Assembly: GCF_963921235.1 (NCBI RefSeq)
Contig: NC_086108.1
Location: 57,662,001 to 57,726,000, forward strand
Direction of reading: 5' to 3'
DNA: 64,000 nt
Source of the DNA: Mobula hypostoma
Lineage: Eukaryota
Shown: positions 50,767 through 64,000 of the stretch, one piece after another
How positions within the stretch are numbered: the first letter of the stretch is position 1
How the letters are laid out: each line of letters starts with the position of its first letter
Notes under the pieces: generated by a model
Told to the model about the DNA's origin: nothing
Databases searched by the model: none
The model's input: only the letters and a program-made list of their open reading frames with translations
Translations under genes and position numbers: made by a program

Positions 50767-51079
50767 GTACCTCTTCCTAGAGATGCTGCCTGGCCTGCTG
50801 CGTTCACCAGCAACTTTGATGTGTGTTGATCAAAGAGAGAATAGTAGCTTTATCAGAGTTTGCAGCAGATTTTACAAAAGAGGCAGTAATTATGAGCAGA
50901 ATAAGTAATATCCTATCCACTGATTTTCATAGTACACTGCCCTGTGACCGGCAGGCTTACCAGAATCTAACTTGTTCCATTTTACCATTTGTTCTCTCAA
51001 TCTGTTGACTTGTACATCTGAGAGCCAATAGAATGAGAAGCAACTTGCTGGTGTCATCTCCAGGAATAAATGATACGAC

Positions 51080-54000
51080 ATGAACATAAGAACCTAAGAA
51101 ATAGGAGCAGGAGTAGGCCATCCGGCCCATTGAACCTGCCCTGCCATTCAATAAGATCATGGCTGATCTGTCTGTAAACTCAGCTCCATCTACCTGCCTT
51201 TTCCCCATAACCCTTAATTCCCTTACCATGTAAAAACCTACCTAACTGTATCTTAAATATATTTAGTGAAGAAGCCTCAACTGCTTCCCTGGGCAGAGAA
51301 TTCCACAGATTCACCACTCTCTGGGAAAAACAGTTTCTCCTCATCTCTGTCCTAAATCTTCTCCCCTGAATCTTGAGGTAATGTCCCCTAGTTCTAGTCT
51401 CACCTACCGATGGAAACAACTTTCCTACTTCTATCTTATCTATCCCTTTCAAAATTTTGTATGTTTCTTAAAAGATCCCCTCTCATTCTTCTGAACTCCA
51501 GAGAGTATAGTCCCAGGCAACTCAATCTCTCCTCATAACTTAACCCCTTCATCTCTGGAATCAACCTGGTGAACCTCCTCTACACTGCCTCCAAAGCCAG
51601 TATATCCTTCCTCAAGTATGGAGACCAGAACTGCACACACTACTCCAGGTGCAGTCTCACCAGTACCCTGTGTAGTTGCAGCATGACCTCCCTGCCCTTG
51701 AATTCAATCTCTCTAGCAATGAAGACCAACTTTCTGTTTGCCGCCTTAATTACCTGTTGTACCTGCAAGACAACTTTTTGCGATTCATGAACAAGTACTC
51801 TCAAGTCCCTCTGCACAACAGCATGCTGCGGTCTTTCACTATTTTAATAATAATCTGCTCTTCTATTATTCCTTCCAAAGTGGATGATCTCGCATTTACC
51901 AATGTTGTATTCCATCTGCCAGACCTTGGCCCACTCACTTAACCTATCTATATCCCTCTGCAGACTCTCCACATCCTCTGTACAATTTGCTTTTCCACTC
52001 AGTTTAGTGTCATCAGCAAATTTTGCTACGCTACCCTCAGTCCCCTCTTCCAAATCATCAATGTAAATGGTAAACAGCTGCGGGCCCAGCACCGACCCCT
52101 GTGGCACCCCACTCACCATTGACTGCCAACCAGAGAAACACCCATTTATACCAACTCTCTGCCTTCCATCGGTTAACCAATCAACTATCCATGCCAATAC
52201 ACTTCCTCTGACTCCATGCATCCGTATCTTATTTGTAAGTCTCTTGTACAGCACCTTATCGAATGCCTTCTGGAAATCCAAGTATATGACATCCACCTGT
52301 TCCCCTCTATCCACTGCACTCATTATGTCCTCAAAGAACTCCAGTAAGATGGTCAAACAGGACTGGCCCTTTCTGAATCCATGCTGCATCTGTCTAATTG
52401 AACCACTCCTTTCTAAATGTTTCACTATTTCTTCCTTAATGGCAGCTTCAAGCATTTTCCCGACTACAAATGTTAAGCTAACTGGCCTATAGTTGTCCAT
52501 CTTTTGCCTACATCCTTTTTTAAAAAGTGGTGTGACATTTTCTGTCTTCCAGACCGCTGGGACCTGCCCAGAATCTAGAGAGTTTTGATAAATGATTAAC
52601 AACGCATCTACAATAGCCTCCTCCAATTCCTTCAGCACCCAGGGATGCAACCCATGAAGACCAGGGGACTTAACTACCTTCAGGTCCTCCAGTTTTCTCA
52701 TCACTATCTCTTTAGTGACAGTGATTTTATCGAGGTCCTCACCTCCCATTTCGTCCATAACATCCTTCTTTGGCATATTAGACATGTCCTCCACCATGAA
52801 GACTGACACAAAATAGTGATTCAGTGCCTCAGCTCTTTCCTTATCACCCAATATTAATTTCTGCTTTTCATCTTCCAAGGGACCTACGTTGACTTTAGTC
52901 ACCCATTTTCACTTTATATATTTATAAAAACTTTTGCTATCTGTTTTCATATTTTGTGCTAATTTACTTTCATACTCTCTCTTCCCTTTCCTTATCTCTT
53001 GTTTAGTTGTTCTTTGTTGCTTTTTAAAGTTTTCCCAATTCTCCAATCTCCCACTACTCTTTGCAACTTTGTACACATGATCTTTTAATTTGATACTATC
53101 TTTTATTTCCTTAGTTATCCAAAGCTGGCTCTCCCCACACTTACTGTCCTTACTTTTGACTGGAATGTACTTTTGTTGAACACTGTGAAGAATTTCTTTG
53201 AAAGTATTCCACTGTTCCTCAACTGTCCTACCAAATAACCTGTGCTCCCAATCCACATTAGCCAACTCCTCCCTCAGCCTGTTGTAGTCTCCCTTGTTCA
53301 AGCATAATACACTAGTTTTTGATCTATTTTATCCTCCATATGAATGAGAAATTCAATCATATTATGATCACTCTTTCCAAAAGGATCCCTGACTACAAAG
53401 GTCGTTAATCTTACCTGTCTCATTGCACAGGACTAGATCTAAGATAGCATTTTCCCTTGTAGGTTCACTAACAGACTGCTCAAGAAAGCTATCACAGATA
53501 CATTCTATGAAGTCCTCCTCAAGATTTCCTTGACCAACCTGATACACCCAATCTCTGTGGAAGTTAAGATAACCCGTGACGACTACCGTTCCATTCTTAC
53601 AAGCCACGGTTATTTCTTGGTTGATTGCCTCCGCCACTGCAATATTTTTATTAGGTGCCCTATAGACAACTCCCACCAGTGATTTTTTTTCCCTTTACTA
53701 TTCTTAATCTCTACCCAGATGGACTCAACATTCTGCTCCGTAGATCTTGTATCGTCTTTCACAATTGCCCTGACCTCATTCCTTATCAAGAGCACCACCT
53801 CACCTCCTTTGCTTTCTTGCCTATCTTTCCGTATTACCTGATACCCTTGTATATTTAATTTCCAGTCATCTCCACCTTGCAACCAGGTTTCTGTAATGGC
53901 CACTAAATCATATGCCTTGGTACTGATCTGTGCCACAAGTTCATTAACCATGTTTCTGATACTACGGGCATTTAGATAAAGTGCCCTTATACTCATTGTC

Positions 54001-54538
54001 CTTTTAGAATCTAGTGACCTATGCGATTTTTGCTTTTTACTTTTATGCACTCTACTCTTACTTTTTTCTTCACTAACTCTAGCTTTGGTCTCTGCATCAC
54101 TTCCCTCTTCTTTTCTGTACTGGCTCCCATCCCCCTGCCATATTAGTTTAAAAACCCCCCAACAGCACTAGCAAACAATCTCCTCGGACATTGTTTCCTG
54201 GCCCTGCCCAGATGTAGACCATCTGGACAGTACTGGTCCCACCTCCCCCAAGAATCTGAAACCCTCCCTCCTGCATCACCACTCAAGCCACATATTCATT
54301 TTAGCTATCCTGATATTCCAACTCTGGCTAGCACGTGGCACTGGTAATAATCCTGAGATTATTACCTTCGAGGTCCTGCTCTTTAATTTATCTCCTTGCT
54401 CCCTAAATTCAGTTTGTAGGACGTCATCCCGCTTTCTTCCTGTATTGTTAGTACCTACATGCACCACGACAGCTGGCTGCTCATCCTCCCCTTTCAGAAT
54501 GCCCTGCAGCCTCTCCGAGACATCTCTGACCCTGACAC
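51080..54538 (-). mobile_element. Long CR1 LINE (ORF1 esterase end, EN, RT, 3' UTR)
   Basis: VHVGTNN (ORF1); YLNARSI..AITETWL (EN); 352-aa RT ORF 51844-52902 with YLDFQKAFDKV, SGVPQGSVLGP, KFADDTK. Confidence 0.96.
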
Positions 54539-54619
54539 GTTTTGTCCTTCTATCTCTGGACCACCAGAATGTACGAGACTCTAAAGACACAAGCTGCAGG
54601 GGGTTTTCTTTGCATTGTG

Positions 54620-55295
54620 AAACCATGGAATTGATTGTGGACTTCAGGAAGGAGAAGTTGAGGTTACACACAACAGTCCTCATCAAGAGATCAGCAGTGG
54701 AAAGGGTGAGCATTTTCAAGTTCCTGGGTGCCATCCTCTCTGAAGATCCATCTTGAGTCCAGCATATTGAAGCAATTACAAAGAAGGCACGACAGCGGCT
54801 ATATTTCATTAGAAGATTGAGCAAAATTGCTATGTTACCAAAGACACTTGCAAGCTTCTACGGATGTAACTTGGAGAGCATTCTAACTGGTTGCATTACT
54901 GTCTGGTATGGAGAGGCCACTGCACATGATCAGAAAAAGCTGCAGAAGGTTGTAAACTGAACCAGTTCCGTCATGAGCATTAGCCTTCCCTGCATTGAAA
55001 ACACCTTCAAAAGGTGGCATCCATCATTATTACTGAGCCCCATCACCCAGCACATGCCCTCTTCTCATTGCTACCGTCAAGGAGCAGGTACAGGAGCTGA
55101 AGACACAGCTTCCTCCCCTCCAGCATCAGATTTCTGAATGGACAATGAACCCATGAACACTACCTCAGTATTTTTCCCTCTGTTTTTGCACTACTTATTT
55201 AGTTTATTTTTTATATATACTTATTGTAATTTATGTTTTAATTACTTTGTACTGCTGCCACTAAACAACAAGTTTCACAGCATATGCTGGTGATA
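54620..55295 (+). mobile_element. Rex1/Babar 3' fragment
   Basis: ELIVDFRK..FKFLGAILSED; 3' UTR matches 20340-20540. Confidence 0.88.
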
Positions 55296-55379
55296 CAAGT
55301 GAGGGCTTCTTCAATGATAATAGAAGGAAAACACACTTCCTCAAGTATATGAGTGTGTTTTCACTTTACTATGGTTGAT

Positions 55380-56860
55380 GGAGTCCTCATTTGTATTTCT
55401 TCCATTTTCTCTGCTGCTCTACCCTACCTCACCCATCCAGAGAGCACAGAGATAGAATTCCCTTAATTCTCACCTTTGATCCTATCAGCCTTTGGATCAG
55501 CACATCATCGTTCATCATTTCTGCCAGCTGTAATGTCATCCCACCACCAGCTATATCCCTCGCTCCCCACCCCTTTTACCACTAGATCAGCAAGTGCTTG
55601 TGCTTGGGAGGGATGAAAGTATTGTGGATATATCTCAGCACATCATGAAAACCAGCCTCCCATCTATGGACTCTGTGTATACTTATCACTGCCTCAGTAA
55701 AACTTCCAGCATAAAGACTCCATCTACCTTAGACATCCTCTCTTCTTTCCCCTTCCACTGGGCAGAAGATACAAAAGCCTGTAAGCACGTACCAGCAGGC
55801 TTATGGGCAGCTTCCATCTCAGTTTTATCAGACTATTCAATGGTTCCCTGGTATGATAAACTGGGCTCTTGACCTCACAATATACCTCATTATGGCCTTG
55901 CATTTTATCATTCACCTACAGTAAACTTTCTTATAAAACTTCATTCTGTACTTTTACTGTTTTATCTTGTACCATCTCAATGCATTATTGTAATGAATTG
56001 ATCTGTTTGAACAATATGCAAGTTAAGTTTCTCCACAGTACCTTGGTATATGTGACATGAATAAACCAATCTACATAGACTTAGTGACTATTTTTTTTGA
56101 AATTCCTGGTTGTATGCCATTTCATCTCTCCTACACACTCACATGCTGACCTGTCTTTCCCCAGCTGAGACCAAATGCAAACAGGAACAGCACTTCATTT
56201 TCTGTTGGGAAGTCTACAAGCCAGGAACGTTAACATTGAATTTTCCAACTTTAACAAGAGTCTCTATGGAGCTGTTGGAATCTGATATGCAAAGAAGGGG
56301 GTCACAGGAAGAAACAAGTAAGGGAGGGGGTAAAGGGACGGATAGAACCAACTGAGGAGTGTGAATTGATTTATTATTGTCCCATGGACCGAATCGACAC
56401 TGCCTTTGCTGCTGTTTCTCTCCTATCCTCCTCCCTCAGCTGATTCTCTCTGTTCCTTGTCTGCTTCCTCTTCTGACATGCCTGACCTTTGCATGTCAGA
56501 TTCCAGCACCTACAGACTCATGTTTCCCATATTATCTTCCAGTCTCCGTTTCTGTCGCCATTCTCTCCTTTCCGAGGTGGTTTCATCTGTCCCTTTTTTT
56601 TTCACTCCTCCTCCTCCCTTATCCGTCTCTACTTACCACTGTCTTTTAACTCCACCCAGCCTCCCCCACATACTCCATCTGCCCATCATCTCCCCCTCCC
56701 CTGATTCCCCTGCCTTGCCCCTTTCTCACCTCTTTATACTGCCTATCTGCTTTCCACACTGATGCAGGGTCTTCATTAACCCCTTGTCTGCACGGATGCT
56801 GTTTGACCTGCTGAGTTCCTCCAGTTGCTCTTGGTGTTCTACATTCCAGTATCTCCATTA
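55380..56860 (+). mobile_element. Old Penelope-like 3' remnant, interrupted by a Rex1 3' end (about 55610-56070)
   Basis: RDRIPLILTF, CKQEQHFIFCW..PG; ctgatgcagggtct..gatgctgtttgacctgctgagttcctccag terminus. Confidence 0.65.
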
Positions 56861-57419
56861 TCATTTTCCTCTTTAAAATGCAGAAGTTATGATGGAATTG
56901 GAATATTATTAGGGTTTATTATTGTACTGAGGTACATGCCTTGCTTACTGCTCCTGCAGATCATTCCATTGTACAGTGCATTGAAGTGGTACAAGGTAAA
57001 AGAAAAACAGAATGCACAACAAAGTGTAACAGTTCAAAGTAAGTTTATTAGCAAAGTACATACAGTATATGCCACCATAAGTATAAAACAAGTAGAGAGG
57101 GTGCTAAGCATACAGCCTTGTGTGCATCTGTGCTGATGGTGATTGTGCGACAGAAAAAGTACAGTGCATATAGACAGTAAGTTCCAATGATATAACTATT
57201 AGCTTTTAATAGCAGTTGATAGCCAACAACATTGGCAGAAAGTCATGTAGAGCTGAGATCATTTCCTCCCCAATAAGATATTAGTGAATTAGGTACTGTA
57301 GGTTTTCATGACAATTTGGTAGTTTTGTGGGCACTGTAACATCAGGACTGTAAGGTTCTGACTGAAAATATCAACAATTCCTTTCTTCTGGCAGGTGCTG
57401 CTTGGCCGGACGATGAGTT

Positions 57420-57900
57420 AAGAGAATGGCAAGCTTTTGACAGTGGTGCTATTGCAAACACAACTAATTCTGAATGTGGAAAATATAATGTACAACTGAC
57501 AAAAAAAAATACTGTGCTACTATTACAAACTACGACAAAAGCGTTATCTCAAAAATACTGCAGCAATACTTTGATTTCTCTTTTCTGAGAAGTTTAAGAC
57601 TGGATCAATTAAGGTGTTTGCTGGCATGTTGAACTACTTTACATGCTTAGAAACAGAATTTAGAGATTTGTCAATTCTTGTTGACGTCGCTGGAACATTT
57701 CAAGCTTCTGGTGCTGACTGCGAATGTGAATTGTAGATTCATTCTTATGAATTTAATCAAATGAAAATCCAGAGTCAAACTAGAAGTAGAACATTTGGAT
57801 GATCTAATGAGGATTAAGACTTTCATCTGGATGCAAAATTAATCTGGACAGTGTTTATAGGCATAATAAAGATGACGAGAAAAAGTTGGTTCAAAATGTG
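57420..57900 (+). pseudogene. Degenerate hAT transposase C-terminal dimerisation domain
   Basis: EFRDLSILVDVAGTFQASGADCE...MNLIK*KSRVKLEVEHLDDLMRIK (57656-57820), with frameshift and stop. Confidence 0.7.
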
Positions 57901-59587
57901 AAAGGTGTTCTTTGTTGTACTGTTTCATTATACCTTTCAATTAATAATTCAAAGTATGTTTTCAATTTTCATTCTAAGTATTCATAATGCATATTACAAA
58001 AACATTTAAAGGCCATTTAACTTGCATACAATAACTTAAACATGAAAAGTTTGCGTGCCTTTTGCTAATCTATCTGCAAAATTCTTTTGGAGAGTAGAAT
58101 TTCTATTTCCCTGTAAAGTCTTTTACTTCTCTTTTCCTATTTGGATAACTTCCAATAATGTTTGAAGCTTACAGTCTAGAAGAATTCCTTTGTAAGAACA
58201 TTCACCATTCTCTTTTGGTATTGTGAGATTAAAGGTTAAGCAATTGATATGACAATGTTATTTTCATAATCTCAGCACAGAAGTTTGCCTCCTGGACAAA
58301 CCATGTAAGTCTAGATACAAGTACCCACAGTTTTCTGCAAACTAGAGGATGGGAAGTTGCAGGATGTTTGTGTCCAAATACCTGATTGGGGTTACCAAAT
58401 TGATACTTTGTTCAGGATATACAGTACACATAAATTTATTAAACTGTAATTTTTAACAAATTCTTGGGCCACCATGGACAGAGAAGATTGGTTTTTGCTT
58501 AGTGTACAACAAACCTTATAAAATGGGAGAAATTTATGTGCATTATGCTGTTTGATTATTTTGCTAAGCTACAGTAAAACTGACTTTTCTGAAATTTTGA
58601 TGCTTTGGTATCTGGCTCACAGGATAACTTGTTCCATTTGCATTCTTTGGAATCTCAATTCCTGCACCCCCTTTACACTCAGATAGTTTGCTGGAAAATT
58701 CATTATAATTGTATATAGCATAAAAATGTGCTGGTGTATTAATAAAAATAACATCCAATAGTTTGAAAGATTTGTCAGACTGGCACCACTGAAGTCCCAT
58801 GCTGCTGGATTATCAAAGTTTTATTTTAATTAGGTCATGCTTCCCTTACAGATGTAATACCAAAGTAAGATATTATAGAAGGGTGTAAGGAGCAATTAAA
58901 TCATTAATGCTCAACAGTGAGCAGAATTTTGCTTACCATTCAGATGTAGTTAAATTATCATTAGGAAGTGAATTAAAAACTTGATTTTTTTGCCTTATAA
59001 ATTGGAACTTGCGTGGCATGCAGTAGGCTTCAAAGCTGAATTACCTTTTATGATGTAAACCAAATTTATTCATTTATCAGCTGCTTGACAAATACTAGAT
59101 AATTATTGAAGTACAGCATTTTGAAGCTAATGCCTAATGCAGGCCAAATGCTTTGTAACTGATTGCAAGGTATGATCTGGATCAGCACAAGTTCCCAGCT
59201 TGAATCATATAGTACTATGATTTTGAGTGTGTTGCAACTGAATTTTGATGTTTTATATGTGAATTGCAGAAACTCAATCATTCTCAAATGTATGATTCAG
59301 GCTAAAGATAACCTTACAATTCTGAATGCAATGCATGCTACATGTTAGATATTAAGACATGGATGAAGTGACATCATGTGTCATTTGCAGTAGAAGTTGA
59401 GTCTACCTTTGAAATGTCACCAGGCATTCAAAGGAATAAAGTTTTTATGATTATTCTCTGCAGCTCTGCTCTGAAAAAGGTTACTGAGCATTGTGAGACT
59501 TAATGATGTAGTGTAATGCATTGAATTTTGTTTGGGTATCAGGAAGACTGAAAAATTTGCTTGATCTTGGTCTGAGTTGCAGTGTTG

Positions 59588-60990
59588 ACCACTGTTCAGG
59601 AAAGGGTCTGAAAATACACCAGGAAATTATAGGCTGATTAACCCGACATCAGTAGTGGGAAAGTTACTGGAAGGTATTTTAAGGGACAAAATATATGAGC
59701 ATTTGGATAGACATGGACTCATTAAGGATAGTCAGCATGGCTTTGTGTGTGGTAGGTTGTGTCTAATCAATCTTAGAGTTTTTCAAGGAAGTTACCAGGA
59801 AAAGTGGATGAAGGCAAGGCAGTGGATGTTGTTTACATGGAATTTAGCAAGGCACTTGACGAAGTTCTGCATGGGAGATTGGGCAGGAAGGTTCAGTTAC
59901 TGGGCATTCAGGATGAGGTAGTAAATTGGATTAGACATTGGCTTTGTGGAAGAAGCCAGAGGGTGGTTGCCTCTGGAGGCCTGAGACTAATGGAATGATG
60001 CAGTGATAGGTGCTGGGTCTGTTGTTGTTTGTCATTTATATCAATGATCCGGACAATAATGTGGTTAACTGGATCAGCAAATTTGCAGATGACACCAAGA
60101 TTGTGGGTTAATGGACAGTCAGAATGACTATCAAAGCTTGCGGGCTCTGGTCCAGCTGGAAAATGGGCTAAAAAAAATGTCAGATTGAACGTAATGCAGA
60201 CAAATGTGAGCTTTTGCACTTTGGTGGGACCAACCAGGGTAGGTCTTATACAGTGAATGGTAGGGCCCTGAGCAGTGGGGTTGAACAAAAGTATCCAGGA
60301 ATATAGGCCCATAATTTATTGAAAGTGGTGTCACAGGTTGTAGGGTCATAAAGAAAGCTTTTGGCACATTGGCCCTCGTAAATCAAAGTATTGAGTACAA
60401 GAGATGGGATGTTGTGTTAAAGTTGTATAAGATATTGGTGAGGCCTAATTTGGAATATTGTATGCAGATTGGGTCAATTACCTACAGGAAAGATGAAAAT
60501 AAAAATGAAAGAGTACAGATCAAATTTACAAGGATGTTGCTGGGTCTGGGTTATAAGGAATAATTGAATAGGTTAGGAGTTTATTCTTTGGAATGTCGAA
60601 GACCGAGAAGAGATTTGATAGAGGTATGCACAATTATGAGGGGTATAGATAGGGTAAATGTAAGCAGGTGTCTTCCGCTGAGGTTGGATGGAACTGCGAC
60701 AGGAAGTCATGGATTAAGGGAGAAAGGTTAAAAGTTTAAGGGGAACATGAGGGAAAACTTCTTCACTCAAAGGGTATTGACAGTGTGGAACGAGCTGCCA
60801 GCTCAAGTGGTGCATGCGAGCTCGGTTTCAATGTTTAAGAGAAGTTTGGATAGGTACATGGATGAGAAGGGTATGGAGAGTGTTGTCCCATTGCAAGTCA
60901 ATGGGATGATGGGAATGACCAGTGTAAATGGCTTGGCATGGTCTGCATGCTCTGAAGTGCGTGCTTTTGTGTTGTGCTTTTTATGACTCT
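59588..60990 (+). mobile_element. CR1 LINE 3' half, degenerate
   Basis: [43 protein letters not shown]. Confidence 0.93.
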
Positions 60991-61802
60991 ATATTATTGA
61001 GGCTTTGCTGTAGCTACTGCTGCAGTGGCCCCATTGTGTGTGGCTAGACATTGGATAGGATGGGTACAAAGGGAAATTTTCCCACTTCCATCTCTGGAAG
61101 TATACTAAAATGTTGGAAATCCACTAACCTGGCAACAACTGTGCAGAGATAAACAGTTTGCTTTTCAAGCTAATGACATTGATGTCCCCCACCAAGAGTA
61201 GTTTTGTTCCCTGGCTACCTTCAGTGCATCTTTCAAATTAATGTTCATTATGTGTGTAATTTGTAATTATTTATTAACTGAAGGTGGATGAAAACTAGGA
61301 ATCAGGAGAGGGGTTCCTTACCTGCATTCCATTTGATGCTGCAAGACTCTTGAGACTGTGGTTAATATTGACAACATAAAAAACTACTCTGCCCACCTGC
61401 ATGAAGTGAAAATCTGTTAATCTGCTATCCAAGTGTTTGTATTTCCTAATGTTTAGACACCTGGGTCACTGGGTGCTGAGTCCTTCTTGTGTCCCTTTTA
61501 GAAGCATTGGAACCTTAGTTTCAGCAACTCTTGAAGTTCACTAGGAACCCAGTTCCCATGCTCCACTCCACTCTGCAGGGTTCCAGTTACTGCACAGCCT
61601 TTAAACTTGCCTGATTCACTGCTATATTTATTGTAATACTTTATAACGCCTAAGAAAAGTGAATTAAAATGCATGTTGGTATCAATAGTCATTAATAGTT
61701 TGTTTCAAACAAAAAAAATTTATCTGGCATAACCAATGTGCCAAGTATGCCACATTTTGGGCCATTCATACTTCAAATGATTCCTCTGACAGCAATGCTG
61801 AT

Positions 61803-62170
61803 ATTCAAAGTAAATTTATTATCAAAGTACATATACGTCACCATATGCTACCCTGAGATTCATTTTCTTGTGGGCATTCATAGTAAATAGAAAGAAACAC
61901 AATTGAATCAATGAAAAGCCGCACAGGACAGAGACGGCAAACAACCAGTGTGCAAAAGGCAAACTGCAAATACAAAAAGAAAAGAATAAAATTAATAAAT
62001 ATATAAGCAATAAATATTGAGAACACCAGTTGTAGAGTCCTTAAAAGAAAGTCCATAAGAGAATGGACCAAAGAATGAGTCCATAGGTTGTGGAATCAGT
62101 TCAGTGTCGAAATGAGTGAAATTATCACCTCTGGTTCAAGAGATTGATGGTCGAGGGATAATAACTATTC
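61803..62170 (-). mobile_element. Rex1/Babar 3' UTR fragment
   Basis: caaagtaaatttattatcaaagtacat..ccctgagattc matches 35985-36050 and the reverse complement of 40985-41060. Confidence 0.75.
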
Positions 62171-62351
62171 ACTACTTCACTTTTTTTCCCTTCCTCTTTA
62201 TCCTACTGTCCACTGCTATAAGCATTTAGTTACCTTTATAATCAGTTCTTGATTACCTTTTGGAATAATGATTACTGGGGTTTACATCTGTATTATACTT
62301 CTTCATTAGCAAAATGTTAAATTGTAGTGGATGGCCACTAGCTCCAATATA

Positions 62352-62625
62352 GGGTGGCAGGGTGGCCTAGTGGTTAGCATGACAGCACTTTACGGTACCA
62401 GGAACCCGGGTTCAATTCCAGCCGCTGACTGTAAGGACCGTGTGAGTTTCCTCCGCTTTTTCTGGTTTCCTCCCATAGTCCAAAGACGTACCAGTTGGTA
62501 GGTTAATTGGTCATTGTAAATTGTTCCATGATTAGGCTGGTGTTAAATCGAGGATTGTTGGGCGGCATGGCTTGAAGGCCTGGAAGCGCCTGTTCAGCAC
62601 TGCAGCTCAATAAAAATAAATAAAT
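62352..62625 (+). mobile_element. tRNA-derived SINE (HE1/V-SINE-like)
   Basis: A-box tggcctagtgg, B-box ggttcaattcc; A-rich tail. Confidence 0.9.
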
Positions 62626-63279
62626 ATGAAAAGATTTTTGTTTCTATTTCGTTTAAAGTATCTCCACATGATCCATTTCATTGCCTGGGTACTATATATA
62701 GCAGTGCCTCCATCATTTTGGAGTAAAAATCATACTGATCAAGAAAGTTTTCCTTTTAGAAATTCATGTCCTTATTTGACTTTAACACATTTATTGTTCT
62801 GGTCAATATTGGGACAATTAATCTCTTCCAGTGTTGGAAATCCAGCTTTTGCGAAGCCTAATTTCCTTGCAAATCTGCTCCTCCTCCTCCTCCCTATTTG
62901 ATAATCACTAACACGATAGAGATAATGTTTCTTTTTAAGTTTTGGCAGTTAAATCCAATCCAAATAAATTTTATCTTTGATCCCTGTAGAACAATCTCTC
63001 TTTCTAGCATTATTATATCACCCTTAATTACAACTGTCGCGATCTTTTCCCTCCCCTTCTCTTTCCTCACTGAATTCAGGAATTTTAAGCATCTGATCCT
63101 TTCTGTTTTTGAGGCAGATGTTGATTGTCATGCTAAATGATATTTTCATATGAGTATTTGCACCTGGAAAATGCTCCTCTTATTAACTGCACTTCATACA
63201 TTTGCACACTTCTGTAACACATAGACTCAAGCCATATTGCTCGAGTCAGACCACATCTGGAGATTGATGAGCAGCTTTG

Positions 63280-63787
63280 GGATGTGCTGGCATTGGAGAT
63301 GGTCTGGAGGAGGTTCATGAGAATGATCTTGGGAAGGAAAGGGTTAACGTACGAGGAGCATTTGATGGCTTTGTGCCTCTACTAGCTGGAGTTTTGAAGA
63401 ATGAGAGGGGAACCTATTGAATGTTGAAACGTCTAGAGAGAGTGGATGTGGAGAGGATGTTTTCTACTATGAGGGAGTCTAGGACGAGAGGAGCCAACTT
63501 CAGAATACAGTGATGTCTCTTTTAGATCAGAGATGAAGAGGAATTTCTTCAGCCAGAGGGTGGTGAATTTGTGGAATTCATTGCCCCAGACAGCTGTGGA
63601 GGCCAAATCACTGGGTATATTTAAAGTGGAGGTAGAGAGGTTCTCGATTAATAAGAACGTCAAAGAATATGGAGAAAGGACAGGAGAAAGGGGTTGAGAG
63701 AGATTAAAAAAAACACCCACGACGGAATAGTGGAGCAGACTCAATTAGCTAAATAGGTTATTTCTGCTAGGTCTTATGGCCTTATGA
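63280..63787 (+). mobile_element. CR1 3' end
   Basis: RRFMRMI, FFSQRVVNLWNSLP; tail tcttatggccttatg. Confidence 0.9.
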
Positions 63788-64000
63788 GTCACGTGAAAGA
63801 AAGTAAAATAAGCCGTGGAAAAAACTCATTCACCTATATCATAAAATTGTAGACTCAAGTTCCACTTGAGAGATGTGTATATGAGAATCTGGGCTGGAAC
63901 TGCTCTGTGAATAAATGCCATTGGTTTGCAATGTAACATCTGTCATATTCCAGCAATAATTGGTCCATTTTCTTATCAAAAACATGGCATCCCAGTAGTG

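Larger units (their letters stand above)
49045..50828 (-). mobile_element. Penelope-like element, 5'-truncated, GIY-YIG end, with an inverted terminal copy
   Basis: Minus strand VIYC.RC..CGL.YIGET, EHLRSV, VATHF, LEEQHLIFRLGSLQP (about 49500-49770) and RVPLVLTYHP; 50367-50828 is an inverted copy of about 49081-49540; 14-bp TSD atcaaagagagaat (49031-49044, 50829-50842). Confidence 0.93.

Noticed and set aside
48905..50829. Cluster of Pro/Gly-rich overlapping ORFs
   Set aside because: Produced by the purine/pyrimidine-skewed Penelope 3' region present in both orientations.
51844..52902. Active reverse transcriptase gene
   Set aside because: Flanking EN and C-terminal regions are broken by stops and frameshifts and the 5' end is truncated, so this is a dead CR1 copy.

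Overview
Repeat-dense eukaryotic DNA with no confidently recognisable host protein-coding exon, so probably intronic or intergenic. The repeat mix suggests a cartilaginous fish, most likely a ray (inference from family composition): CR1 LINEs with an SGNH-esterase ORF1, Rex1/Babar LINEs, RTE, L1, L2, GIY-YIG Penelope-like elements, tRNA-derived SINEs, Tc1/mariner and hAT elements, and two solo LTRs. Almost all long ORFs in the track are decayed TE fragments or their antisense shadows. Most interesting points: (1) a Penelope-like insertion (49045-50828) with a 14-bp TSD, long inverted arms and a minimal hammerhead ribozyme motif in each arm, plus short non-coding relatives carrying the same motif; (2) several nested insertions confirmed by TSDs, up to four levels (hAT in hAT in RTE in CR1); (3) a 125-bp RTE 3' end that from memory resembles a marsupial RTE family, a horizontal-transfer candidate; (4) a palindromic mariner-like MITE, a 33-bp E-box minisatellite, and TE-free islands that may be conserved enhancers or cryptic exons. 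Family names come from motif recognition only; no database search was run. Boundaries without a TSD are approximate.
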